A stretch of 64,000 nt of DNA from an uncultured Thermoplasmata archaeon (lineage in GTDB: Archaea > Thermoplasmatota > Thermoplasmata > UBA10834), in assembly GCA_963719945.1 (NCBI GenBank), contig CAVRDX010000004.1, positions 128,001-192,000 on the forward strand. The letters run 5' to 3'. A model generated the notes under the pieces. The model was not told the DNA's origin and ran no database searches. It worked only from the letters and a program-made list of their open reading frames with translations. The translations under genes and the position numbers were made by a program. Every line of letters starts with the position of its first letter. The first letter of the stretch is position 1. Below, piece by piece: positions 20,135 through 29,045 of the stretch.

Positions 20135-20518
20135 GTGGCCAAAGGGATAATGATAGAATATCGATTGGAACTGAGCGTCCTCATTGTGATAGCGTTCACT
20201 TTGGTGACACTTGTCGGCGTCGTCGGCGTATTCTTTGAGGACTCGCTGCCATCATCCATCTCGTTCCTTAGTGATATATCCACACCTTTCGGAGCATGGG
20301 TGTATTGGTTGATCATCGTCGGCCCGATTGGTCTGGTTTCTGGAACATGGTGGCTCTACGATTACTTGAAGAAATCCAGGAAACTTGAAGACTTGATGAA
20401 GACCCCGAGCAAAGCGAAATTCGTGAGGAACATGGATGATATCGAGTATCTCGCATGGTCCCTGCCGCAGCGATTCGAAGATAGTGTATTGGAGCGCAAG
20501 AAGGATTTCGGGCTCTAG
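20135..20518 (+). CDS. Small membrane protein (DUF3198-like)
   Basis: Two TM segments, then SKAKFVRNMDDIEYLAWSLP. Confidence 0.6.
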   Translation: MAKGIMIEYRLELSVLIVIAFTLVTLVGVVGVFFEDSLPSSISFLSDISTPFGAWVYWLIIVGPIGLVSGTWWLYDYLKKSRKLEDLMKTPSKAKFVRNMDDIEYLAWSLPQRFEDSVLERKKDFGL

Positions 20519-20528
20519 GCATTGAACA

Positions 20529-20552
20529 GGCCCCCCTGCATTTCCACTGGAG
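20529..20552 (-). promoter_or_regulatory. Origin recognition box (ORB), distal
   Basis: Minus strand CTCCAGTGGAAATGCAGGGGGGCC matches the archaeal ORB pattern TCCAnTnGAAAY..G-string. Confidence 0.85.
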
Positions 20553-20572
20553 GGTTGCAACCCTACGCGGCC

Positions 20573-21835
20573 TCAGGAAAGGGGAGGGGGCTGAATCGAA
20601 ATCGTCCCATTTGATGCTCTCAACCAACCAATGATCTTCTCGAAATCATCGATATTACATCTCACACTCAATCTAATATGATCGTCTTCGACATCACTGA
20701 TGACGTCAGATAGAAGATGAAGTCTGGAAATCAGACTGTAACTCTCATCTACAATCGGAAGTGATGCTTCGATAAGATGATTCCTTCCCTGCATCTCACG
20801 TATGCGTTCTCTTATGAGATCCAATCCATCTTTGGTGAAAGAAGATACGAATATCAATTGTCTTGATCCTATGATTCCTTGAATTATCTTATGTGATTCT
20901 TCCATCTTCTCTGAAGATATCTTATCTATCTTTGATCCCACCGCAACGATGGGAGTGTCGCCTACTTTTGGAAGAAGTATATCAAAAGCAGTCTTCATCT
21001 TCATCTCAAGAATATCAGAATCATCACTTGAATCGAATACGAACAGAACAAGATCAGAATAGAATATCTCTTCAAGAGTTGAGTTGAAAGCATTGATGAG
21101 GTCAGGTGGGAGATCTCTGATGAATCCGACTGTATCTATCATCAGTGCATGTCCTTTCAACCCAGGGATTCTTCTTGTCGTTGTCGATAGAGATGAGAAT
21201 AGTTCAGAGCTGACTTCGACATCCGAGCTGCACAATGCATTCATCAAAGCGGATTTACCAGCATTTGTATATCCTGCCAATGAAACAAGAAGATAACCTT
21301 GTTCATGACGTCTTGATCTCTTCACTTCTCTACTCTGTGATATATCCATCAATTTCTTCTCTAGACGTTTGATGTGAGTTCTTGCATGTTCATAATACAC
21401 ATCAGTTGCATATGCTCCACCAGATAGGAACCCTGGTCGTTCACCGCTCTTGGCCTTGTGTATCCATTCGCGCAAGAATGGTTGTTCGTATCTCAATCTG
21501 GCCAGTTGCACTTGTGTGATTGCTTCTGGTGTCTGTGCATGTTCTGAGAATATTCTGAGGATCACTCCGACTCGATCAATACACTCTTTCTGGAATTTCA
21601 TCTCAAGAGAGTGATGTTGTGATGGTTTCAGACGATCATTGATAATAATAATATCAGGATCACATTCTTTGATTTCTTCAGCAATCTCATCTATCTTCCC
21701 AGGACCGAAATAGCTCGCACTGTGTGGGATGTCACGTTTCTGAACGAATTCCTTCACGATTTCGTATTTCAGAGTGTGAAGCAGTGAATACAATTCTGAT
21801 AGATCCGTTGTTCTTGATAGTACGACTGCACGCAT
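20573..21835 (-). CDS. hflX: GTPase HflX
   Basis: YFGPGK, QLARLRY, GYTNAGKS, LFSSLSTT, DTVGFI; GGAGG upstream of the ATG at 21835. Confidence 0.93.
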   Translation of the reverse strand: MRAVVLSRTTDLSELYSLLHTLKYEIVKEFVQKRDIPHSASYFGPGKIDEIAEEIKECDPDIIIINDRLKPSQHHSLEMKFQKECIDRVGVILRIFSEHAQTPEAITQVQLARLRYEQPFLREWIHKAKSGERPGFLSGGAYATDVYYEHARTHIKRLEKKLMDISQSREVKRSRRHEQGYLLVSLAGYTNAGKSALMNALCSSDVEVSSELFSSLSTTTRRIPGLKGHALMIDTVGFIRDLPPDLINAFNSTLEEIFYSDLVLFVFDSSDDSDILEMKMKTAFDILLPKVGDTPIVAVGSKIDKISSEKMEESHKIIQGIIGSRQLIFVSSFTKDGLDLIRERIREMQGRNHLIEASLPIVDESYSLISRLHLLSDVISDVEDDHIRLSVRCNIDDFEKIIGWLRASNGTISIQPPPLS

Positions 21836-21921
21836 TTGAAGTCCTCCATGTAACATAATCGTGAATCATAATGCATTGTATGTCGGAATTCGACCGGAAA
21901 CCAGGGTACATTGACCATATC

Positions 21922-22209
21922 TTCCAATGGAATATTTCATACTCCATACGGCGATGTCTCCAAGAAACACTTCCATTAGAAATGAAGGGGGGGCCCTATC
22001 TTGATGTATGTGTGTATGCATCCCTCTGTTATCATTCGAAAGCACATTTCACAAGGTTTGCTGGCTAAATCAAAACATGAAAATTTTGGTCCTGCAGAAA
22101 AAATGAGATTTGTGGATAATATTAACACTTAAGTACGGTGCCCCGTATTCCCCAAATCCCACCGTTTCAAGTGGATTCCGAAAACGGATTCCACAGGAAG
22201 CAGCGGGGG
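21922..22209. other. Replication origin (oriC): ORBs around an AT-rich unwinding element upstream of cdc6
   Basis: Mini-ORB TTCCAATGGAAT 21922-21933; + ORB TTCCATTAGAAATGAAGGGGGGG 21971-21993; AT-rich tract ~22066-22133; - ORB AATCCACTTGAAACGGTGGG 22158-22177; + ORB TTCCACAGGAAGCAGCGGGGG 22189-22209. Confidence 0.88.
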
Positions 22210-22244
22210 TGGGGAAAGACCTTTTTGGCTTTCGGGGGCTATCG

Positions 22245-23480
22245 ATGCAGGACACCATATTTCAACAGTACATAAGGTCAAAATCCATATTCAAAGGTGA
22301 CAGAGATGTGTTGCGGCCGTCATACATACCCGACGAACTGCCGCACAGAGAGGAGCAGATAGATCAGCTCGCTTCCATCCTTGTCACAGCACTGGAAGGG
22401 CAGAGGCCCTCGAACGTTCTACTGTTCGGCAAGACGGGAACTGGAAAGACCGCCACCATCAAGTATATCGGAAAGGAGATCGAAAAGGCCAGATCAGACC
22501 TCCGCAATGTGCACTTCCTCTACATGAACTGCGAAGTGGTGGATACGCAATACGGGGTTCTGCAGAACATCGGCAACGAGTTCATCGAGGATTTCGAGCA
22601 GAGAATACCATTCACTGGGTGGAGCACGGAGCGCGTCTATAACATACTGAGGGAGAAGATCGATGAGGAAAGACGAGTCATCGTCATCGCCTTGGATGAA
22701 ATCGACAAGCTCGTCTCGAAGAGCGGAGACGATGTGCTGTACCATCTATGCAGGATCAACGACGACCTTAAGAACGCGAAGGTGAGCGTGATCGGCATAT
22801 CCAATGATCTCAAGTTCACCGAATTCCTGGATCCGAGAGTCAAGAGTTCATTGAGCGAGGAGAAGATGGTCTTCCCTCCGTACAACGCCGAGCAGTTGCG
22901 AGACATACTCGGGCAGAGATCCGCATTGGTATTCGAGGAGAACGCCCTGGAACCATCGGTCATACCTCTCTGCGCCGCGCTGGCCGCGCAGGAGCACGGG
23001 GACGCCAGGCGGGCGCTAGACCTGCTGAGGGTCTCGGCTGAGATCGCCGAGAGGAACCATCTGCCCATCGTGAACGATTCGGATGTGACCAAAGCAAAGA
23101 ACAAGATTGAGCTGGACTGCGTCACCGAAGCCATACGTACGCTCCCCCTGCAATCCAAGATGATATTGATGGGCGTTGTGCTGAGTGGGGAGCGTGGATA
23201 TGGTAAGCTGACCACAGGCGACCTTTATGAGACCTACAAGGAGCTCTCACTGTGCACATCAACTGCAGTATTGACCCAACGAAGGGTCACCGATCTTGTG
23301 TCAGAGCTCGATATGCTCGGGCTCGTGCACGCGCGCGTGAAATCCTTCGGTCGCGGTGGCAGGACGAAGGAGATCGAGCTCAGCGTACCACCGCAAGAGG
23401 CTAAGAAATCTCTAGAAGAGGATGAGATTCTCGGTCAGTTGAAGAATTATAAGCTGAGGTATCAGACGACCCTCATGTAA
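22245..23480 (+). CDS. cdc6: Orc1/Cdc6 replication initiator
   Basis: YIPDELPHRE, GKTGTGKT, LDEID, HGDARRALDLLR, C-terminal wHTH with GRGGRT. Confidence 0.97.
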   Translation: MQDTIFQQYIRSKSIFKGDRDVLRPSYIPDELPHREEQIDQLASILVTALEGQRPSNVLLFGKTGTGKTATIKYIGKEIEKARSDLRNVHFLYMNCEVVDTQYGVLQNIGNEFIEDFEQRIPFTGWSTERVYNILREKIDEERRVIVIALDEIDKLVSKSGDDVLYHLCRINDDLKNAKVSVIGISNDLKFTEFLDPRVKSSLSEEKMVFPPYNAEQLRDILGQRSALVFEENALEPSVIPLCAALAAQEHGDARRALDLLRVSAEIAERNHLPIVNDSDVTKAKNKIELDCVTEAIRTLPLQSKMILMGVVLSGERGYGKLTTGDLYETYKELSLCTSTAVLTQRRVTDLVSELDMLGLVHARVKSFGRGGRTKEIELSVPPQEAKKSLEEDEILGQLKNYKLRYQTTLM

Positions 23481-23489
23481 ACTGAAATC

Positions 23490-24491
23490 TCATACCTTCT
23501 CATCCAGAGGCGGGATCGGCTCCGTCGCAGGTGGTTCAGCAGGTGGAGGGGGCGGCGCTTCCACGACCTTCGCTGCCTCGATCTGTCGCTGCATATCGAA
23601 TTCGTGCTGAGCGGTCTCTCTTCTTCTGGCGATCTTCTTCCTTATTCTGAAAGTGAACACCACATCGACTACGATGGGTGCGGCCACGATGAATGCCATG
23701 CTTATCCAAAGGTTCCTGACGCTGTTCTCCGGGGCAGGGCTGCCGAGCGAGTCCGTAGCCCACAGCTTAAGAAGCCCGAACCAGGGCATCTCTCCTCTCG
23801 CGATGCCGACTACCCAATCAAGCTTGACCGGGCTGTATCTGCTCGCCAGTGATTGATCGACATTGAGGTTGTGATCCCCCTTCGTGATGTACCCACTCGG
23901 AAGCGCCGAGTATTGCCGGAACGCTGTTATGATCCTGCCTATGTCGATCGATGTGGAAGTATCCCTGTATCCAACGTTACGTATTGTGAGTGTGCTTGTC
24001 AGATGGTCCCAGGTGTCCGATGGATTTGAAGTGCTCCACTTGTTGTCCTCCTCGGGTATATCCTTCAGAGAAGGCGCGCTGTAGCTGAATCCATCCGCGT
24101 TTCCTTGGAGGTATATCATCGCCCTGTGGATGATGGGCGTCCCGGTCAACTGACCGTTCACTCTGTAGATCACGACATCTCCATAATCCCCATATGTCGT
24201 ATGCCCGGAGACGTAGCCGTCCATGTAAGTCTGGATATCAGTGACGGAATCGATGTCTTTGACCAGGACCAGGTCCCCTGTATCTATGGCCCCGATGTAG
24301 CTGATGTTATCATCACTGTGCATCATGCTATTCGATTCGACGACCACGAGCGGCGGCCATAGTCCAGTGTATGCATACATGACGACGAGTATGCTCACCA
24401 CAAGTGCCAAAGCTATGCCCGCATCCCTCAAGAATTGGAGCCCAGGGGACAGTTTCTTCTTGCGCTCTGGCCTACTTCCCTCGCTCGCCAC
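23490..24491 (-). CDS. Signal peptidase I (S26, Sec11-type)
   Basis: VVESNSM (Ser), IDTGDLV, PIIHR (His), TKGDHN; N- and C-terminal TM segments; start uncertain. Confidence 0.88.
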   Translation of the reverse strand: MASEGSRPERKKKLSPGLQFLRDAGIALALVVSILVVMYAYTGLWPPLVVVESNSMMHSDDNISYIGAIDTGDLVLVKDIDSVTDIQTYMDGYVSGHTTYGDYGDVVIYRVNGQLTGTPIIHRAMIYLQGNADGFSYSAPSLKDIPEEDNKWSTSNPSDTWDHLTSTLTIRNVGYRDTSTSIDIGRIITAFRQYSALPSGYITKGDHNLNVDQSLASRYSPVKLDWVVGIARGEMPWFGLLKLWATDSLGSPAPENSVRNLWISMAFIVAAPIVVDVVFTFRIRKKIARRRETAQHEFDMQRQIEAAKVVEAPPPPPAEPPATEPIPPLDEKV

Positions 24492-24616
24492 AACGCCATG
24501 AGTGAAAGTGAGGTATAAAATGAATATGGTGCGCCCAGAGGTCATCGGCTCATCTCGGTGTAATCAAAAACAATAAAATTGATGTCGAAAAGGGTTTGAT
24601 TGACGACCATGCCCGT

Positions 24617-24898
24617 TCAACTGCATGTGCAGTTGGCGGCAGGGCAGTCTTTCACTACATCGTAATCGTAGCTGTAGTTATAGTCGTAGTTGAACTCATG
24701 AGGGGTCTTCGTCGTGTCTCCGCCGAACGCCCACTGCCACATGTGCTGCCACATGTTCTTGTGGCCGTCGCCGTCGTTGGTGCCCATGCCCTTCGAGTCC
24801 GAGCTCGATGCGGTCAAGGCCCCGCTCGCTGCTGCGATCCCGGCGAACCCGAGAACCGCGACCACTCCGACAATCGCGACTATGATTGTTGCCTTCAT
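24617..24898 (-). CDS. Small secreted low-complexity protein
   Basis: Sec-type signal peptide; strong SD GAGGTGA; HKNMWQHMWQW, YDYNYSYDYD and CxxxCxC segments; T-rich terminator-like tract downstream. Confidence 0.75.
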   Translation of the reverse strand: MKATIIVAIVGVVAVLGFAGIAAASGALTASSSDSKGMGTNDGDGHKNMWQHMWQWAFGGDTTKTPHEFNYDYNYSYDYDVVKDCPAANCTCS

Positions 24899-25062
24899 CT
24901 CTTATTCACCTCTCTTTTTCGGCGCTCGGGGTCGGGGATGTCCCATTCGCCCTTCGCGCCTCTTGAGTCTATACTTCGGTGAAAGGGTATTTGGAACTAT
25001 CCTGAAAAGTGACTCGAACCTTTGCACTGGGGTGAAAAGTGAGGTGAAAAGCGTCTCCTGGG

Positions 25063-25668
25063 CTATCTTCTGAGGTTGATTCGGATCTTGTTGGTGGACC
25101 CGTGCCTCTCCTTGGAGACGACCCCCTTCTGCTCGAGCCGCTCGAGGACCCTAGAGACCTTGGCATTGGACATTTTCGTACGTTGCATGAGGTCCTTCTG
25201 CAGTGCCTCTCCTCCCGAATCCATGATCGATTTGAACATGGTCCTCTCATCCCCCGAAAGCAGTCTCAGGGCGAGGTATCTCTCCTCCATTTCCTTGTCC
25301 TCAGAATCGGCTGCCTTTTCGACGACGGGTGATGGGGCCTTCGCCTCCTCGGCCGCAGGTTCCGAAGTCGCCGCCCTATCCTCCTTCGCAGAGGTCTCCC
25401 CGTCCTTGGGTGGCGGTGGCAAGGTCATCGAAGGTGGTAGGGGCACATACTCCTCGCGGAGGAGTATGAACATCACAGCGACAGCGATAATCAGGGAGGC
25501 TATGATGATCAGCGCGAGGTTAGATGTGGAATATGTATGGATATTGTCCCACATGCCCCTCTGATCCTCAGTGGTATCTGCAGGCTCGTTGTTGAGGATG
25601 GCATAGGCTAAGAGCGCTATCGCGATGATCGCGAGGATTGCAGCGATGATCTTGGTCCATTTAGTCAT
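25063..25668 (-). CDS. Membrane-anchored winged-helix regulator (COG2512-like)
   Basis: Two TM segments, Pro/acidic linker, LSGDER...GGEALQKDL...MSNAKVSRVLERLEQKGVV.KER.G.TNKI. Confidence 0.85.
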   Translation of the reverse strand: MTKWTKIIAAILAIIAIALLAYAILNNEPADTTEDQRGMWDNIHTYSTSNLALIIIASLIIAVAVMFILLREEYVPLPPSMTLPPPPKDGETSAKEDRAATSEPAAEEAKAPSPVVEKAADSEDKEMEERYLALRLLSGDERTMFKSIMDSGGEALQKDLMQRTKMSNAKVSRVLERLEQKGVVSKERHGSTNKIRINLRR

Positions 25669-25789
25669 CCGGATCACTCTGATGTCTTGGAGAATGTAGA
25701 ACATGATAGAATAAGTAAACGTTGGTCTGTCCTGATTGACGGAAAGATAGAAATCCATTCAGCGTCTTCACACAGCCCGGGCAGAGACC

Positions 25790-26272
25790 GTGTCAGACAA
25801 GAACAACAGGCGCATATCGAAGGACGAGTACTTCATGAACATCGCCATTGAGGTCTCGCGCAGGAGCACATGCACCCGTAGGCAGATAGGCGCCATCATA
25901 GTCAGCCCGCACGGAGAGATCAAGAGCACGGGATACAACGGCAACCCGAGGGGATTGCCTCACTGTGAGGAGATGGGTTGCATCCGGGACAAGCTGAACA
26001 TCCCCTCCGGAACGCGCCTTGAGACATGCACCGCTGTTCATGCCGAACAGAACGCACTGATCCAGGCAGGGACCAATGCTCAAGGCTCCACCATGTATTC
26101 CACAATAGTGCCATGCCCCATATGCGCCAGAATGATACTCAACGCGCAGATTGTGCAAGTGGTTTTCATAGGGGATTATTCGGACCTATCCGGTCTGGAT
26201 CTGCTCAAGCAGGGCGGAATCAAGGTGACTAGATTGGACAGAGCCTCTTTCGAGGGCCGTCTCCCACACTGA
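25790..26272 (+). CDS. dCMP deaminase
   Basis: RSTC.RR, TGYNG, HAEQNA, PCPIC. Confidence 0.93.
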   Translation: MSDKNNRRISKDEYFMNIAIEVSRRSTCTRRQIGAIIVSPHGEIKSTGYNGNPRGLPHCEEMGCIRDKLNIPSGTRLETCTAVHAEQNALIQAGTNAQGSTMYSTIVPCPICARMILNAQIVQVVFIGDYSDLSGLDLLKQGGIKVTRLDRASFEGRLPH

Positions 26273-26436
26273 CGGGTCATTCTTCTTTGCCCCTGGACCT
26301 TTCATATATCTGCCTGTCGAATCGTTGAATGTCGAAAACAGTCGCCAGATTGCCGAATCTCAACTATCTAATCATCGATGTACATCGAAACCATTATCCA
26401 TAAAAGACCGTTATCCGCAAAACTGAAGTGGCTTTC

Positions 26437-26763
26437 ATGGGGAAGGCAGAGATCCTCCAGAAGATCAAGGTCGCCGAGGAGCAGGTCCGCGAGATGATCA
26501 AGGAGGCCGAGGAGAAGCGGAAGGCACTGCAGGCCGAGGGAAAGCGGATGACCATAGAGGTGGTTGACGCCGCTGACGCTGAGCTGAGGAAGCAGATCGA
26601 CCGCCGCATCGCTGATGCCAAGAGTGGTATCGATGCGAAGAAGAAGGCGATTCTCGCAGAAGGGGTCAGGAAGGCGGAAGCTCTGGAATCACGCGCTCGT
26701 GCCAACTCGAGCAATGTCCGGGCCTTGGTTCTAACGGAGTTCGAGAGGACCGCAGATGCTTAG
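26437..26763 (+). CDS. atpH: A-type ATP synthase subunit H (peripheral stalk)
   Basis: Charged coiled coil EILQKIKVAEE; first gene of the operon, overlapping atpI. Confidence 0.85.
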   Translation: MGKAEILQKIKVAEEQVREMIKEAEEKRKALQAEGKRMTIEVVDAADAELRKQIDRRIADAKSGIDAKKKAILAEGVRKAEALESRARANSSNVRALVLTEFERTADA

Positions 26764-28747
26764 ACCGGAAGAAATGACCCGTGCGGTAGTAGTCGGGTCA
26801 ATCGAGAGCCTCGATGTCACGATCGAGAGTCTGTACGAGCTTGGAGTACTGCACCTCATCGATTTCAACGAACAGGACGAGGACTTCAAGATCGGCCAAC
26901 CGTTGGAGAAAGCATCGGACGCGTCGAAGAAGCTCATCAAGCTCCGGTCTATGATCCGGGCGCTTGAGATAGAACTATACAAGCCCCGCGAGAAGATGCC
27001 CGTCTCCGAGATCACCAAGACTTTGGAACAGGCGCTCGTCACACTCGACCTCAACACCTCCAAGAAGGCCGAGGACAGACAGAGGATACAATCTCTCATC
27101 CACGAGAAGAGGGCCGAGATAGCCTCTCTCGAACCTTTTGCGCCTTTCGGAATCACGATCGAAGATTTCGGAGGCTACGAATCAATCGTCTCCTTCGTGG
27201 GTCTTTGCACGACAGACCCCACCATAGCGTTCAACGGCAAGCTTGGCGCTTCGGAAATATTCATCAATCCTCGCAAGAGCGATGTCGCAGTTGCAGCCTT
27301 TGTCCCAACAGGTGACAAGGCAGAAGCGCTGCGGATATTGACAGCGCACGGGTTCCAGGAAGCAAAGGTCCCGCAGATGACCGGCACCCCAAGAGCTGTC
27401 ATTGCCAAGAATGAGGCCGAGATAGCGGACCTTGAGAAGGACCTCGAGAGGACGGAGGCGGACCTCGATGCGATCAGGAAGAAGTTCGCTAGCCTCATCG
27501 TTTCGTCCGAGGAACACCTGTCGATAGAGGTGCTCAAGGCGGAGATGCCTCTGAAGATTGCGACCTCGGTCAATTCGTTCGTCATCGATGGATGGATTCC
27601 TAGCAGCAAGGTCAAGGAGCTTCAGGATGCTCTGAACCAGCAATGCTGCGGCCTTGCATTCGTCGAGACCCTTCCGAGTGAGAAGGGCGATGAGCCGCCT
27701 GTCAAACTGAAGAACGCAAAACCGGTCAGACCGTTCGAGTTCTTCCTGGATCTCGTGTCGACCCCCAAGTACGACGAAGTTGACCCTACGCTGATCCTGT
27801 TCATAACGTTCCCCATCTTCTTCGGGTTCATGATAGGCGACCTCGGGTTCGGGCTGGGACTCGTGGCGCTCGGCGCCTTCATGAGATTCAAGCTCAAGGA
27901 TTCACCAGACCTGAAGATGCTCGGCACGATCATCATGGTCAGCGGTTTGATGGCGAGTCTGTTCGGCCTGTTCGTGTTCGCCGAAGCGTTCGGCGTCCCA
28001 TTCCATCCTCCAGAAGCCAACCCTGACGAGCACTCATGGGAATCCGTCGCTAACATACCGATACATCCATTGCTGGACAAGATGCACGACATCAAGGAGA
28101 TGCTCGCGCTATCGTTGCTCGCTGGATGGGTGCATCTCACGGCCGGCTTCATACTCGGATTCGTGAATCAATATCATCACAACAAGAAACACGCGCTCGC
28201 AAAGGTAGCGTGGCTCTTCCTGCTCTTTGGCCTGTTCATCGAGATGATGACGGTTGCGGGTTCCGCGACTGCCACGAGCGAGTTCATCAACGGCACCATA
28301 CTCAGTCCCTTGCCTGATATGACCGCTACACTGACCGGGATTGCCGTCTCTATTCCTGCAGTCGTGTTGATACTGATAGGCGTGATCGGTCTCCCGTTGA
28401 CCGAAGGACCTCTAGCCATGACGGAGATCATAGGTTTGTTCACCAACCTGGTCTCCTATACAAGATTGGCAGCTCTCGCAGTCGGCAAGGGCGCGATGGC
28501 ACTGGCGTTCAACACCATGCTCTTCCCCCTGATATTCGAGAGTCATAATGTCGTATTCATCGTCCTGGGGGCGCTTGCCCTGTTCGTGACCCAGATGTTC
28601 TTCGTCTTCTTCCTCGGCGCATTGTCCGCAGGGATTCAGGCAATCAGATTGAACTATGTTGAATTCTTCCTCAAGTTCTTCGAGGGCGGCGGGACGGAAT
28701 TCTCCCCCCTCAGATATGTGAGGAAGTACTCGGTCGAAACGAAATAA
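26756..28747 (+). CDS. atpI: A-type ATP synthase subunit I (a)
   Basis: PKYDEVDPT, GFMIGDLG, SYTRLAA, RLNYVEFFLKFFEGGG. Confidence 0.96.
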   Translation: MLRPEEMTRAVVVGSIESLDVTIESLYELGVLHLIDFNEQDEDFKIGQPLEKASDASKKLIKLRSMIRALEIELYKPREKMPVSEITKTLEQALVTLDLNTSKKAEDRQRIQSLIHEKRAEIASLEPFAPFGITIEDFGGYESIVSFVGLCTTDPTIAFNGKLGASEIFINPRKSDVAVAAFVPTGDKAEALRILTAHGFQEAKVPQMTGTPRAVIAKNEAEIADLEKDLERTEADLDAIRKKFASLIVSSEEHLSIEVLKAEMPLKIATSVNSFVIDGWIPSSKVKELQDALNQQCCGLAFVETLPSEKGDEPPVKLKNAKPVRPFEFFLDLVSTPKYDEVDPTLILFITFPIFFGFMIGDLGFGLGLVALGAFMRFKLKDSPDLKMLGTIIMVSGLMASLFGLFVFAEAFGVPFHPPEANPDEHSWESVANIPIHPLLDKMHDIKEMLALSLLAGWVHLTAGFILGFVNQYHHNKKHALAKVAWLFLLFGLFIEMMTVAGSATATSEFINGTILSPLPDMTATLTGIAVSIPAVVLILIGVIGLPLTEGPLAMTEIIGLFTNLVSYTRLAALAVGKGAMALAFNTMLFPLIFESHNVVFIVLGALALFVTQMFFVFFLGALSAGIQAIRLNYVEFFLKFFEGGGTEFSPLRYVRKYSVETK

Positions 28748-28759
28748 GGAGGTAGGAAA

Positions 28760-28981
28760 ATGGACCCAACACAAATGGGAATGGCGTTGGTCGGCGCTGG
28801 TATCGCAATAGGCGCAGCGGGTATCGGCACCGGCATCGCCCAGGGACAGGTAGGTGCGGCAGCGGTCGGCGCGACCGCGGAGAACCCGAAGATGTTCGGA
28901 AAGGGTATGATCCTGATGGTTCTGCCCGAGACCATAGTCATCCTCGGATTCGTCGTCGCATTCCTGATAATGAACGCGTGA
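28760..28981 (+). CDS. atpK: A-type ATP synthase subunit K (c), single hairpin
   Basis: Gly-rich first helix, AENP loop, LPET carboxylate. Confidence 0.95.
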   Translation: MDPTQMGMALVGAGIAIGAAGIGTGIAQGQVGAAAVGATAENPKMFGKGMILMVLPETIVILGFVVAFLIMNA

Positions 28982-29045
28982 GATTGCGAAAGTTGGAATG
29001 AATGGTATGCTAGACGACCCAGATGGTCTGCGGAGTTGAAGAGCT

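Noticed and set aside
20529-21995. Inverted repeats flanking a low-GC gene, read as a transposon or island
   Set aside because: The repeats match ORB consensus, the cargo is housekeeping hflX, and no transposase is present.
21732-22258. Short ORFs in the hflX-cdc6 interval and the long N-terminal extension of cdc6
   Set aside because: They span ORB/DUE sequence; Cdc6-like sequence starts at 22245.
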